Under the pieces are notes generated by a model that had not been told where the DNA came from, ran no database searches, and saw only the letters and a list, made by a program, of their open reading frames with translations. From IMG/VR virus record IMGVR_UViG_3300009506_000019, positions 32,001 to 96,000 of that record: a DNA stretch of 64,000 bases; one strand, 5' to 3'. The position numbers and the translations under genes were made by a program. Source of the stretch: a virus. Below, piece after piece: positions 1 through 9,354 of the stretch (positions are counted from its first letter, which is position 1; each line of letters starts with the position of its first letter).

Positions 1-1
1 A

Positions 2-1180
2 CCTACCGACTTCATCATCATAGACGAGTGCCATCTGTCTCTGGCCGTATCATACCAGAAGGTAATGTGCCACTATGAGGACACACCAATCCTGGGTCTG
101 ACGGCCACTCCGTGGCGCACGGACGGCCAGGGGCTTGGCCGGATTTATGAAGACATGGTGATGGTGTCCCAGGTAAAGGAACTGGTCAGAAAAGGCTACC
201 TTCTTGCCCCGGAGATCTTTGCCCCGTTTCGTCCCGATCTGTCCAGTGTTAGGATAAAACTCGGTGACTACGTAGCATCGGACCTATCCATGGTCATGAA
301 TAAGAGTCACCTGATTGGTAGCATCGTCACTCACTGGAAAAAATATGCACAAGGTATGGCTACTGTTGCATTTGCAGCATCACGGAAGCACAGCAAGCAC
401 ATAGTACAGAATTTCCTTGACGCTGGAATTCCAGCTGCACATCTAGACCATGCTACCCCCAAAGACGAACGCGAGTCTATTCTACAACAATTGGCTGTTG
501 GAAGTCTAAAGGTAGTATCCAACGTTGGCATTCTAACTGAAGGGTGGGATCTTCCACAGCTTGAATGCCTCATTATGGCAAGACCAACAATGTCAGAGAC
601 GCTCTACCTACAAATGGTGGGGCGTGTGATGCGCACCATAGAAGGTAAAACTAGAGCTTTGGTGCTAGACCATGCTGGTTGCTTCTTCAGACACAACTCA
701 CCCATCGTCGATCGTGATTACTCACTCGATGATAGGGTACAAGAACGCAAAGGTAAAAAATTCGGCAAAAGACACATCAAAATCTGCCCAGACTGTCACC
801 GTGTCTGTGCAGCTAATAATGTTACGTGTCCTGTGTGTGGATTCAATTTCGATGCAGGGAGAGTCCCAGAAGAAATACCTGGCCAACTGGTTAGGATCAG
901 AGAAGAATATGTGCCATCATGCAAAAATTGTGGCCAACAATCACTACGACGAGCAAATAGAGGCTACATATCAGAAAACGCAATAGAATATAGATGCGCG
1001 GCGTGTAGAATGCCAAATATTCTGGCCACCACCAAATTGCGAGACCTAGATCAGGCACAACGACACAGGGAATTTTGGAAGTTGAAAACATACGGAATTA
1101 GCAAAGGATACAAGCCGCAGTGGGCCGAATTCAGCTACACAGAACTGTTCGGCATAACACCAAAACAGGACAACTTCTAA
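2..1180 (+). CDS. SF2 DExH helicase (RadD/YejH-like) with C-terminal zinc ribbons, 5'-partial
   Basis: Frame open from window start (IIIDECH at 14-34), motifs GLTATP, LTEGWD, YLQMVGRVMR, LDHAG; CxxC pairs at C-terminus. Confidence 0.9.
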   Translation, partial: PTDFIIIDECHLSLAVSYQKVMCHYEDTPILGLTATPWRTDGQGLGRIYEDMVMVSQVKELVRKGYLLAPEIFAPFRPDLSSVRIKLGDYVASDLSMVMNKSHLIGSIVTHWKKYAQGMATVAFAASRKHSKHIVQNFLDAGIPAAHLDHATPKDERESILQQLAVGSLKVVSNVGILTEGWDLPQLECLIMARPTMSETLYLQMVGRVMRTIEGKTRALVLDHAGCFFRHNSPIVDRDYSLDDRVQERKGKKFGKRHIKICPDCHRVCAANNVTCPVCGFNFDAGRVPEEIPGQLVRIREEYVPSCKNCGQQSLRRANRGYISENAIEYRCAACRMPNILATTKLRDLDQAQRHREFWKLKTYGISKGYKPQWAEFSYTELFGITPKQDNF

Positions 1181-1476
1181 TGACAAGACCTATGTACGTG
1201 ATTTGTAAATGCTGTGGAAACAAACGTGGAGTTGCTCCTCAGGAGCAACAGTGCGTCTGTATCTGCACGTCGTGTGGAAAAAGGCCAATACAAGGAACGC
1301 CAATTGAAGCAGATGGACGATGTGAAGATTGTCATCGTCACCCGCCAGGCACGCCATGGAAAGGTGGCACGCTACCCAACGGATGTGAGCTATACGTCAT
1401 GCCGAAAGATTGGAAACCAGGAGATCCAATCAGAACGTCTTCCACGACTGAGACTTCGGAACAGCCTTCAGAATAA
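1180..1476 (+). CDS. Small Cys-rich zinc-binding hypothetical protein
   Basis: ATG overlaps helicase stop (TAATG); CKCC, CVCICTSC, CEDC. Confidence 0.6.
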   Translation: MTRPMYVICKCCGNKRGVAPQEQQCVCICTSCGKRPIQGTPIEADGRCEDCHRHPPGTPWKGGTLPNGCELYVMPKDWKPGDPIRTSSTTETSEQPSE

Positions 1477-1630
1477 CCTTCTTTACGTCAAGACTACTTT
1501 CACACTTCGGGCAAGTAGGCTTGCTGTCTGCAGTCTCTTTGAGCGTTTGAATTGCCTCGAATTGATACGGCTCCCCATCATTCTCTTCGAGGCACTTGAT
1601 ACTGCTACATTCGAAATCATACATCGGCAT
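1430..1630 (-). CDS. FmdB-family zinc-ribbon protein
   Basis: MPMYDFEC...C...FE...PTCPKCES...KKVI pattern. Confidence 0.8.
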   Translation of the reverse strand: MPMYDFECSSIKCLEENDGEPYQFEAIQTLKETADSKPTCPKCESSLDVKKVILKAVPKSQSWKTF

Positions 1631-1811
1631 GGTAGATCATCTCCTGAGCTTCAACAACATTGTCATCCAGCTCTTGCTTGTAGCCAACATACTGAGCGTT
1701 TTTGAACACTACGTGCTCACCGTTGTCTGCATAAATCACGTGTAAGTCCATCCCCTCCTGGCCCTTCTCCCACCACATCCTCTGGACGAATCGACTTTCT
1801 GTGTTCGGCAT
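1617..1811 (-). CDS. Hypothetical protein
   Basis: 64 aa ORF in tight minus-strand operon. Confidence 0.55.
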   Translation of the reverse strand: MPNTESRFVQRMWWEKGQEGMDLHVIYADNGEHVVFKNAQYVGYKQELDDNVVEAQEMIYHADV

Positions 1812-2001
1812 GTATGAGTTCCTTTATGGTATCACTGAACACAGTGTGATTTCGTTTATTCATAATGTCATTCAATTTCTTCTTTGTGTCCAGGTCCAAA
1901 TGAAAGATGAATGTTGTTACATGACCAGCCACGACGGTTTCCAATTCGGATCCGTCGCCTTCTGGTATGTCTCTGCTAGAATCCTGAGGCTCATCTCGCA
2001 T
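1717..2001 (-). CDS. Possible ribbon-helix-helix DNA-binding protein
   Basis: TTFIFHLDLDTKKKLNDIM...FSDTIKELI strand-helix-helix pattern; long overlaps with neighbours. Confidence 0.45.
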   Translation of the reverse strand: MRDEPQDSSRDIPEGDGSELETVVAGHVTTFIFHLDLDTKKKLNDIMNKRNHTVFSDTIKELIHAEHRKSIRPEDVVGEGPGGDGLTRDLCRQR

Positions 2002-2150
2002 GGGTCTTTGCTCCCCTCACCATCAAACTTCGTCTTGAAGCTCTTGACCCAATGCCTCTCTATCGGATGAAGGGGATCCTTCTCCTCCTGATTCTTCGGT
2101 TCCGTTTGCTCTATCTTCTCCAGGATCTTGCGCTGGCTGGGGGTCAACAT
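1917..2150 (-). CDS. Hypothetical protein
   Basis: 77 aa ORF overlapping the trigger factor 3' end. Confidence 0.5.
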   Translation of the reverse strand: MLTPSQRKILEKIEQTEPKNQEEKDPLHPIERHWVKSFKTKFDGEGSKDPCEMSLRILAETYQKATDPNWKPSWLVM

Positions 2151-3369
2151 ACGTGAAGTTTACCTTTTCATCAATAAGGTGATGCAGAACCTTCTCAGCA
2201 TACCCTTGTTCGTTCCTCTCGTATTGCGGCTTGTCCTTCTCTTCCTCGTCCCACTCAATGCCAAGAAACTCCCCGATTTGTTTGAGCAGCGTATTCTGCT
2301 TTGCTACACGCTTCAACTCTTGCCGCAAGAACGGAGTGTCTTGATGCTTGCCCTTGGCTATCAATTCCCTAGCATGTGCCTCTGCCCACGCATCGGGAAA
2401 ATCCGGATACTTGATGGTTGAGGTTATGTGATCGAGAACCAATGTCTTCTTGGTCTGTTCTTCACGCGACTTGTTGATTCTGTCTGCCGAGTCAAATAAG
2501 CTCTTTTTCCATTCCTCGAGAGAGTCATAGCCAGCAGTTATTGCAAGATCATCATCAACTTCTGGCTCTGTACACCTGTAGACACGATTAACTGTGACAC
2601 GAATTTCGAACTTGGACTTGCCCTCGAAATCTTGCTTGAACGGGCCTGGAATCTCTTCAGGATTGGTGGTTGTGATGGAGAACGTGTTACCAGGAACAGA
2701 ACCGAGAAGCTTCTCATACAAAGAGCGAGGATTAACACCGCCCTCGACCAATCGAATATTGGTCGCCTCGTGACTTCCATGATCGAATTTTTCATCATCC
2801 AGGAAAGCTACAATCATGACCTCTACCATGTCGTCTTCTGCTGCTGGTAGAGTATTCCCCTCGTCATCTTCTTTTATGTGGAGGTATGGATTGATGCGAG
2901 AAAAAGCCATGATTCTGTAGTTAACGTAATCGTCTGGGTTCAGCTTCTGTATATCAAAAGCCATCTCCAGATCTTCTTCCTTGATTTCTGCTTTGGGCTC
3001 CACTGCGGTCTTGAATGTGACTACCCATGACCCATCATCATTCTCGACGGCATCCATGTCGTACGTGTGAATAACCTTGTTTGGAGATTTCTCCAAAATT
3101 TTTGCATTTGCGTAGGTTACAAATGAGGCAGCGTATACAGCTTGTATTCCACCCATTCGCTGCTCAATGAGACCAATAGGAGCTTTCCCCTTCCTGAATC
3201 CATTGATTTTAATGACCTTGCGCTGCGCCTTCATATAATTCGTCTTGATCTTCTTTGCCATCTCATGAGCGACAGTGAAGGTAACATCAAGACCGATGTT
3301 GTCGGTATCAGGAATGGAAACCGCGTCGAGCGTGTATTCTTTGTCCACACTATCGGTGAAACCGCACAT
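2023..3369 (-). CDS. tig: Trigger factor homolog (ribosome-associated chaperone)
   Basis: Ribosome-binding signature KINGFRKGKAP; central FKBP-like segment (DDMVEV...DDEKFDHG...KLLG..PG); EVDDDLA...GYDSLEEWK; 448 aa. Confidence 0.85.
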   Translation of the reverse strand: MCGFTDSVDKEYTLDAVSIPDTDNIGLDVTFTVAHEMAKKIKTNYMKAQRKVIKINGFRKGKAPIGLIEQRMGGIQAVYAASFVTYANAKILEKSPNKVIHTYDMDAVENDDGSWVVTFKTAVEPKAEIKEEDLEMAFDIQKLNPDDYVNYRIMAFSRINPYLHIKEDDEGNTLPAAEDDMVEVMIVAFLDDEKFDHGSHEATNIRLVEGGVNPRSLYEKLLGSVPGNTFSITTTNPEEIPGPFKQDFEGKSKFEIRVTVNRVYRCTEPEVDDDLAITAGYDSLEEWKKSLFDSADRINKSREEQTKKTLVLDHITSTIKYPDFPDAWAEAHARELIAKGKHQDTPFLRQELKRVAKQNTLLKQIGEFLGIEWDEEEKDKPQYERNEQGYAEKVLHHLIDEKVNFTYVDPQPAQDPGEDRANGTEESGGEGSPSSDREALGQELQDEV

Positions 3370-3377
3370 GATGTCTC

Positions 3378-5396
3378 CTACGCAGCCAGTTGATTGGCTT
3401 CATAAATTTCCAGCGTGGAAATTTCATTCTCCATGTGTGCTGTCCATCTCTCATCAAACGCCATCGTGTTCAATAGCCTGGTGTTGTGAGAGATAATCAA
3501 ACATGTTGGCACCAGCTCTACGATAGACTCAAAAGCTTCGACCAACTTGTCAGCATTAACATCGTCCAGATTCTCATCCAATTCGTCCACTGCCGTGATG
3601 TTTACACCCAAACCACGTTCAATAGACAGTTGAATCATAGCAAGGAATGTGGCCACAACTATAATCTTCTTCTGACCACCAGAATACATCTCAATTGGAA
3701 CACCAGTCTTCTTTTCTGTGTCCACGATGAAATTGAGACCAGACACTATACCTTTACCTCTAGTGGTGCTTCTAGCTGTGACAAAACGAGCAAACAACCC
3801 AGGCCCCCACAATTCATACAATCTATCGGCCAACAGCTGATTCAGCCTATCTATGGCAGCCTCATATTCTTGTATCCGAATCTTTTTCAAGTTGCGTTCT
3901 GTCCATTTGAGGTGCGATATCTCATTGGTCATAGACACAGCTTGAGTTTCAAGATGTTGAATCCCAGCTTCGATCTGCTCTACTTCATTAATCTTGCTTT
4001 GTAGGCTAGCCAAATGCATCTTGGCAATGGAGATATTGGTTGGTGCCATCTTGATTTCGTTGTTCAGATAGCTGAGTTTTTCATTCAGATGCTCAATTGC
4101 AGAACATATGTCCTGGTATTCTTTCTTTTTGGCGAGTTGTTTTTGTTTGGATTCTTCCAAATGGCGCAGCTCTTCTTCCATCTTCAATTTCGCTGCGGCT
4201 TTAGCTTCCCCTACAGCCTTCTCATGTGCAGCAACCAAACGACCATGATCTTCATATAGAGCATCGACCTTCAATCCTCCATCAGAGATGAGGTCTGTTA
4301 GGCGCTCTATTTCTTTCTTGAGATGCTCCTGGTCAACCACTTGTCCACAGTTACTACATACTCCCTCACCAACAGTCTGGTAATGATTTACTGTAGTAAG
4401 ATTATTGCGATTCTCCGCCTGAAGGGTCAGAATTTGATTGTGAATAGCACCAATCTTTTCTGGCTCCGGTGGTGGTTCAAAATTTTCATATCTTTCCCTG
4501 CTGTGCCGTTCTTCTGCAACCAGAATTTGTAATTCCTGCTCAACATCATCTATAGTAGATTGCTTCATTTGAAGCTCAGATATTTGTTGCTGAGTTGTGG
4601 CTGCAGCCTGGCATAGGCCCTTGTAATTCTCTTCTACCACTTGAACAGACCTAGCTGCCTCCTGTATGTCCTGTTCAGTAGGTAAGATAATATGATTCAA
4701 CGAGTTCTTCCTACCATTGATTTCACTATTCAAATTAGCAAGCTCTGTATCTTTGTTGGTATATGCTGCCTTGGCTATCTCCGCAGCACTGGTCCAAATA
4801 GAGACATCAGCTATCGCCTGAATGATTTTCTCTCGAGCACCACTTGTGCCCAACACCAATGCCGATTCTGCACTCTGCCCCAGACACACATAGGCAGAGA
4901 ACTGGTCATACGTCATACCGAAGATGTTATCTATAATGAACTGCTTCGCATCATCCATACTTTTGTTATCACGCGAAGCGGTGGGCCTCATATCAACCCA
5001 CTGACTCCCATCCCACATCTCAACAAAGATGTCGTCACCTGTGTATGTACCACCCAACGATAAATGTTGACTCGGACCATCCACACCTTGAGGATAAGTA
5101 GTACCTCTCCATTTGCGAATATTCATGATACGCCACGTCTTGCCTTCACGATCTACACACCACAAGACGCCAAACATACCGTTATCCCAATCGACATGGT
5201 GATTAACCACATTCAATCCGGATTTGGTAGTATCATTCTTACTGAATGCAATCTCTTTGATAGAATTGAGAATGGAAGATTTTCCACTCCCATTGCGTCC
5301 AGAAATCAAAACTCGACCTTTCTTGTCGAGCTGAACAACTGGCATCCAACCAAATGAAAACATGCCAGTAGGATTTACCGCTAAGATAGTCAGCAT
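3378..5396 (-). CDS. sbcC: SbcC/Rad50 (gp46-like) SMC ATPase
   Basis: Walker A GRNGSGKS, Q-loop CLGQ, coiled coil with zinc hook CSNCG, signature YSGGQ, Walker B/D-loop VDELDENLD, ISH; start moved to MLTIL. Confidence 0.92.
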   Translation of the reverse strand: MLTILAVNPTGMFSFGWMPVVQLDKKGRVLISGRNGSGKSSILNSIKEIAFSKNDTTKSGLNVVNHHVDWDNGMFGVLWCVDREGKTWRIMNIRKWRGTTYPQGVDGPSQHLSLGGTYTGDDIFVEMWDGSQWVDMRPTASRDNKSMDDAKQFIIDNIFGMTYDQFSAYVCLGQSAESALVLGTSGAREKIIQAIADVSIWTSAAEIAKAAYTNKDTELANLNSEINGRKNSLNHIILPTEQDIQEAARSVQVVEENYKGLCQAAATTQQQISELQMKQSTIDDVEQELQILVAEERHSRERYENFEPPPEPEKIGAIHNQILTLQAENRNNLTTVNHYQTVGEGVCSNCGQVVDQEHLKKEIERLTDLISDGGLKVDALYEDHGRLVAAHEKAVGEAKAAAKLKMEEELRHLEESKQKQLAKKKEYQDICSAIEHLNEKLSYLNNEIKMAPTNISIAKMHLASLQSKINEVEQIEAGIQHLETQAVSMTNEISHLKWTERNLKKIRIQEYEAAIDRLNQLLADRLYELWGPGLFARFVTARSTTRGKGIVSGLNFIVDTEKKTGVPIEMYSGGQKKIIVVATFLAMIQLSIERGLGVNITAVDELDENLDDVNADKLVEAFESIVELVPTCLIISHNTRLLNTMAFDERWTAHMENEISTLEIYEANQLAA

Positions 5397-5498
5397 ACCA
5401 TCGATCCTGGGCCTTTTAACGTGGTGAGGAAAGGCCATAACCTCATATTGACCCCGGTGACACAGGACCACCACTGTTCCAAGCGTGACAGCTCAGAA

Positions 5499-5696
5499 CT
5501 AGAACTCCACAACGTGCAGCATCTCGGCATCCAGCACCACGAGATCCTCGCTGTCGGACTTCATCTTGAGATTTTCCTTCAACTTCTTCTTCGCCTTTGA
5601 GATGGCGATGTTGATGTTGGCTGCCACACCGTACATCGTCACTTTCTCATTCTTGTCCTTCGGATTCTCAATCACCACTTTCCACATGTACTTCAT
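5499..5696 (-). CDS. Hypothetical protein
   Basis: 65 aa ORF, 4-nt overlap with upstream gene. Confidence 0.6.
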   Translation of the reverse strand: MKYMWKVVIENPKDKNEKVTMYGVAANINIAISKAKKKLKENLKMKSDSEDLVVLDAEMLHVVEF

Positions 5697-5923
5697 TTGA
5701 ATCTCCCGTTGTTTTGCCGGATGCCCTTCTTTTGGGCGAACCAGGTAGGAACAGCCACTATTTTCCTGTCAAAAGACAGCGTTATTTTTGCAATCTTGGG
5801 AACCCACACATGCCCAAAATCTGTATTGAATAGTCTGGCGTCCGCTGTCTCTTTGATGATTCCATAGTGATACACATAGGTCACTTCGGAATTGGAAAAC
5901 TCTGACACACCAAAACTACTCAT
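5693..5923 (-). CDS. Small beta-rich phage protein (ETxxA...WxPK...PxW type)
   Basis: KETADARL...VWVPK...VPTWFAQKKG; resembles 24939..25133. Confidence 0.6.
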   Translation of the reverse strand: MSSFGVSEFSNSEVTYVYHYGIIKETADARLFNTDFGHVWVPKIAKITLSFDRKIVAVPTWFAQKKGIRQNNGRFK

Positions 5924-6195
5924 AACAGATCACTCGGTTCGATGTTATTATTTATCATCAATCGGATAGCGTCTTTCACTATCTGACCAACGATCTCATC
6001 ACCAGGCCAATGAGTAACCAGTCTACTTTTTAGTCGAATCTCCTCAGGATCAACATAAGTTCGTTCGATCGTACCCAAATCAGACACTTCTGCACGGACA
6101 CGTTCATGTATGTCCGTGTGATAATTGTCACGTAATTGAGCAACAAAACTCTTTAGATTTTTGAGGTCTTTCCTCTCATCAAAAATGTCACTCAT
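5920..6195 (-). CDS. Hypothetical protein
   Basis: 91 aa ORF, coupled overlaps. Confidence 0.6.
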   Translation of the reverse strand: MSDIFDERKDLKNLKSFVAQLRDNYHTDIHERVRAEVSDLGTIERTYVDPEEIRLKSRLVTHWPGDEIVGQIVKDAIRLMINNNIEPSDLL

Positions 6196-6436
6196 TTGTG
6201 AAAGTTCCTTCCTGACCAGCCTCTGGCTCTGGCTCTTCTAGCAGGTAGCCGATAGACCGAAGCGCTTTGTTGACTTCTTCCCACGCCTTCGTCAGTTGGC
6301 CAATACTCTGGCAGACACGGGGCGTCCGCTCGAACGACATCATCTGCATCTTCGTGTCGAGCAACGCTTGGCTGGCTACGGTTATCTGACCAGTCATTCT
6401 GTCCCGTTGTACTTGCGTAGGCGTCTGTCGAATCAT
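6188..6436 (-). CDS. Hypothetical helical protein
   Basis: 82 aa ORF in operon. Confidence 0.5.
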   Translation of the reverse strand: MIRQTPTQVQRDRMTGQITVASQALLDTKMQMMSFERTPRVCQSIGQLTKAWEEVNKALRSIGYLLEEPEPEAGQEGTFTNE

Positions 6437-6502
6437 GAAATGTCAGCACTCCATTCGTTGCCGCTGTTGCTCCTGGGTAAGGTACAATAGCCGCCATGGT
6501 CA

Positions 6503-7612
6503 TCAAATAGCCCTTCTCGCTTCCCGGATAGCCCATTTCCCCATCTCTGCAAGAAGCAATGGGTCAAATTCCTTTGTGTTGATACCACTCACCCAAGCAC
6601 ACCACTTATCTTCTGGTTGCGTGGCCTCCATCATACCCGGTGCTATTTGTACCTTTTCATAGGCTCTATCAATTATGATTCTACATCTCCTAACACCGTG
6701 TTGTTGAATTGTATTCTCAATCAACTCAACATTGAGAGAGCCTGCATGCTTTCCCATAAAAGTAATTTCAACAATACCTTCATTACCATCAAGCTGTGAT
6801 TGAAGAAGCGACGTTGTTTTCATCAACGCGTCCATGTCGTTCACAGCCTCGAGCTTCTTTCGTACAAAACGTGGTGACTTGGATGGAACAAAATACATAT
6901 CGAGACGTGGCTGTTCATTGAAGTTTACACACATGTGCCAGAAGCCACGCAATTGTTCTCTGTCACCCCAATTGTGTTGAAGTGGAGCACCTACGTACCT
7001 AGATGGACAGCCCAAAAGCTCAGTCAGATCTTGCGGAGTGTGGTTGTCTCCTCCGATGATGTAATCCGCCTCCAACCTTCTGAGAAGATTAGGATGAATA
7101 CCGCTGCTAGCAGAAGAACCACGAGCAAGGGCAGAGCCAGCGACAAGACCATGGAATAGTACAACAAGAGGGCGAGGATGATCCCTATCCAAAGTAGCAA
7201 TTTCAGGATGCCTTTCATAACCCGATGGAATACAGAGGAAATGAACACCCTCAATCTCGAATTGTTGCACATTCTCTATAACCCGAATATTTCGAAGATC
7301 CGTTTTATATATAGCCGCACTGATAAAAGCGTGCCCACTTGCCGCCGATTTGGTCCATCTATCGTGATTTCCGACAAGGACAATGGTTTCAATACCGGAA
7401 TCTGACCTTCTTTTCCAAGATTCTTCGGCAGCGGCAATAACACTCCGATTTGGATTTGTTGCTCTGTACCAATCTCCAAGGAAGAAGACTTGTCGTATTT
7501 TGTTTTCGATTGCATACTGAGTCACCTGGTCTTCGATAGCAACAATGTCGGCTTCCACAATGCCATTATTGTAGTCATCATGGTGAATGTCTGAATAAGC
7601 TATGAATTGCAT
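6503..7612 (-). CDS. sbcD: SbcD/Mre11 (gp47-like) metallophosphoesterase nuclease
   Basis: SDIH, LGDWY, GNHD, FHG, GDNH, YVGAP motifs; near sbcC. Confidence 0.92.
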   Translation of the reverse strand: MQFIAYSDIHHDDYNNGIVEADIVAIEDQVTQYAIENKIRQVFFLGDWYRATNPNRSVIAAAEESWKRRSDSGIETIVLVGNHDRWTKSAASGHAFISAAIYKTDLRNIRVIENVQQFEIEGVHFLCIPSGYERHPEIATLDRDHPRPLVVLFHGLVAGSALARGSSASSGIHPNLLRRLEADYIIGGDNHTPQDLTELLGCPSRYVGAPLQHNWGDREQLRGFWHMCVNFNEQPRLDMYFVPSKSPRFVRKKLEAVNDMDALMKTTSLLQSQLDGNEGIVEITFMGKHAGSLNVELIENTIQQHGVRRCRIIIDRAYEKVQIAPGMMEATQPEDKWCAWVSGINTKEFDPLLLAEMGKWAIREARRAI

Positions 7613-7884
7613 CAGTGTAGTGTCTCGTTCTTGTCCCGCTCAAATCGTTCATCGGGCACATAGTGTCTGTTGTCCTCTACAATATAAATATCCACATTCC
7701 TCTTCCTATTTGCAAAAATGTAAACGATGCCGACTATGATACCAACCCAGGTAAATACACCAAATACAATGAAGAATGGAAGCCAATTACCGGTATAAAT
7801 ACAACCGGCAGTTACCCCACCAATCACAACGATAGGGTAAAAATGACGTTTAAGCTTCTGGCCCATTCTCCACAACGTCAGCAT
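7612..7884 (-). CDS. Small membrane protein (2 TM)
   Basis: Two hydrophobic segments followed by a charged tail. Confidence 0.6.
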   Translation of the reverse strand: MLTLWRMGQKLKRHFYPIVVIGGVTAGCIYTGNWLPFFIVFGVFTWVGIIVGIVYIFANRKRNVDIYIVEDNRHYVPDERFERDKNETLH

Positions 7885-8206
7885 AGTAATTAATGTACCA
7901 AGCTGCCTTCCTTAAATCCTCTACCTTCTTGCCTGGGTCCTTTTTACCAGCACGTGCGATGTATTTCAACGCACTACCAAGACAAAATCCCTCGAGCCAA
8001 CCATATCCTCGAATAACCTTGATAGGCTCGAATTTGGCATGCTCACCACCGTAATGAGATGGGTGATTCACCATGTCTGGTTTGTCTTTGACTACTTCTG
8101 ACATGGGCTTTCCCGATGGCCAAATTGGATCATTGGGGCTTTTCTGTGAACAGTTGTCATGGTGCTGACTAAATCCATACCCACACTCATCACAAGTTTC
8201 GCTCAT
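7850..8206 (-). CDS. DUF3310 (T7 gp1.7/SaV-like) putative nucleotide kinase
   Basis: DMVNHPSHY...FCLGSALKYIARAGKK...EDLRKAAWY. Confidence 0.88.
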   Translation of the reverse strand: MSETCDECGYGFSQHHDNCSQKSPNDPIWPSGKPMSEVVKDKPDMVNHPSHYGGEHAKFEPIKVIRGYGWLEGFCLGSALKYIARAGKKDPGKKVEDLRKAAWYINYYADVVENGPEA

Positions 8207-8823
8207 ACCCCTACCGTCCTGAAGATTTCATGTGCCTCTTCCTCTGGAACTTCGCATCCCTTTACCCGATTGAGATGGATGTGGCTGCATTCATGCATAT
8301 AGGCGGTTTGCTCAATCGGTTTACCTCCCTGACCGACTTTGATGAAATTACCTGAAGCCACCCCATATACCAACCGCATTGGATAACCAGGCGTAAGCAC
8401 CTCAAACACACCAGGAGCCACAAATAAACAAATAAGGCCATTCAATATGGTGTGTTGAGCTGGAATACTCTTGAATTTCTCATAATACATGTCCCATCGA
8501 ATGAACATCTCACCTGTTGTGTCTTCCACATCTTTCAACAGATAGAGTGTCGTTTTGTCATCAAAGAAGCATTGGATACCATGTTTAGTCGTGAACTTCC
8601 ACTTGGAAATCCACTTCCATCTCTGATAGTAGAATGCCACGAAAATGACGACACACGACACCAACACGGCAATCGATGTGACCCATCCACCTACCGGCAC
8701 CTTTTCTCCCCAGGTGTCAGCGTTTAGATGGCTTGCGATCGCTGCAGATATGGCTATTAAGCCCAGAAATAGCGCGAACCAAATTGGAAAAATGTCTTTT
8801 GCTCTGATTAAGCTCGGCTTCAC
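8203..8823 (-). CDS. Membrane-anchored putative zincin-like metallopeptidase
   Basis: Two N-terminal TM helices; HExxH motif (MHECSH) near C-terminus. Confidence 0.55.
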   Translation of the reverse strand: MKPSLIRAKDIFPIWFALFLGLIAISAAIASHLNADTWGEKVPVGGWVTSIAVLVSCVVIFVAFYYQRWKWISKWKFTTKHGIQCFFDDKTTLYLLKDVEDTTGEMFIRWDMYYEKFKSIPAQHTILNGLICLFVAPGVFEVLTPGYPMRLVYGVASGNFIKVGQGGKPIEQTAYMHECSHIHLNRVKGCEVPEEEAHEIFRTVGV

Positions 8824-9040
8824 GGCTAATCTCCAAAAGTAAATGTTCTATGTTGGCAATTGCCCCATCCAGCCAACTAACTATCGAATCTGGGCAATCA
8901 TCTTCTTCATAAAAAGCCTCCAAATCTTTCTTGATGCGTTCAATCTCGTAGAGATAAAAATCAATGTTGTTCTCAAAGATTTTTACTTTGGCTCTACATG
9001 AGTCGCAGCCGAATTGGAGGCGCGTGTGCTCGCATGTCAT
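8717..9040 (-). CDS. Hypothetical protein
   Basis: 107 aa ORF, N-terminal C/H cluster. Confidence 0.5.
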   Translation of the reverse strand: MTCEHTRLQFGCDSCRAKVKIFENNIDFYLYEIERIKKDLEAFYEEDDCPDSIVSWLDGAIANIEHLLLEISREAELNQSKRHFSNLVRAISGLNSHICSDRKPSKR

Positions 9041-9354
9041 TTAATTACTTGTTCTGGCATATAGATATATACTGCAGCCTCCTCCTCACAGCACTCACAT
9101 CGATAACCGCACCGATAAATAGCGCCACGAATCAATGGTGTTTTCTTTCGATTGGTTTTGTTCACAATGGACTTGTGAATGGTAATGCACTTTTTCGGCA
9201 AATCCTTCAGCTCACTGAAGAACTTGATTGGTCTCCCCTCAAAACCAATATGTACAGACATCAACGGCTGATGTTTGAATCTTGGTAAAAACAAATCCAA
9301 CCTGGAGTTGTCTTTGTCAATGTTCGTACGTTTGGTTCTGGCTTCTACAATCAT
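9037..9354 (-). CDS. Hypothetical protein
   Basis: 105 aa, ATGA overlaps at both ends, CGYRCECC. Confidence 0.55.
   Translation of the reverse strand: MIVEARTKRTNIDKDNSRLDLFLPRFKHQPLMSVHIGFEGRPIKFFSELKDLPKKCITIHKSIVNKTNRKKTPLIRGAIYRCGYRCECCEEEAAVYIYMPEQVIK

Noticed and set aside
1430-2150. Chain of 85-128 nt gene overlaps suggesting an extra stop codon
   Set aside because: No shared codon seen at the expected ends; run-on tails are common in compact phage operons
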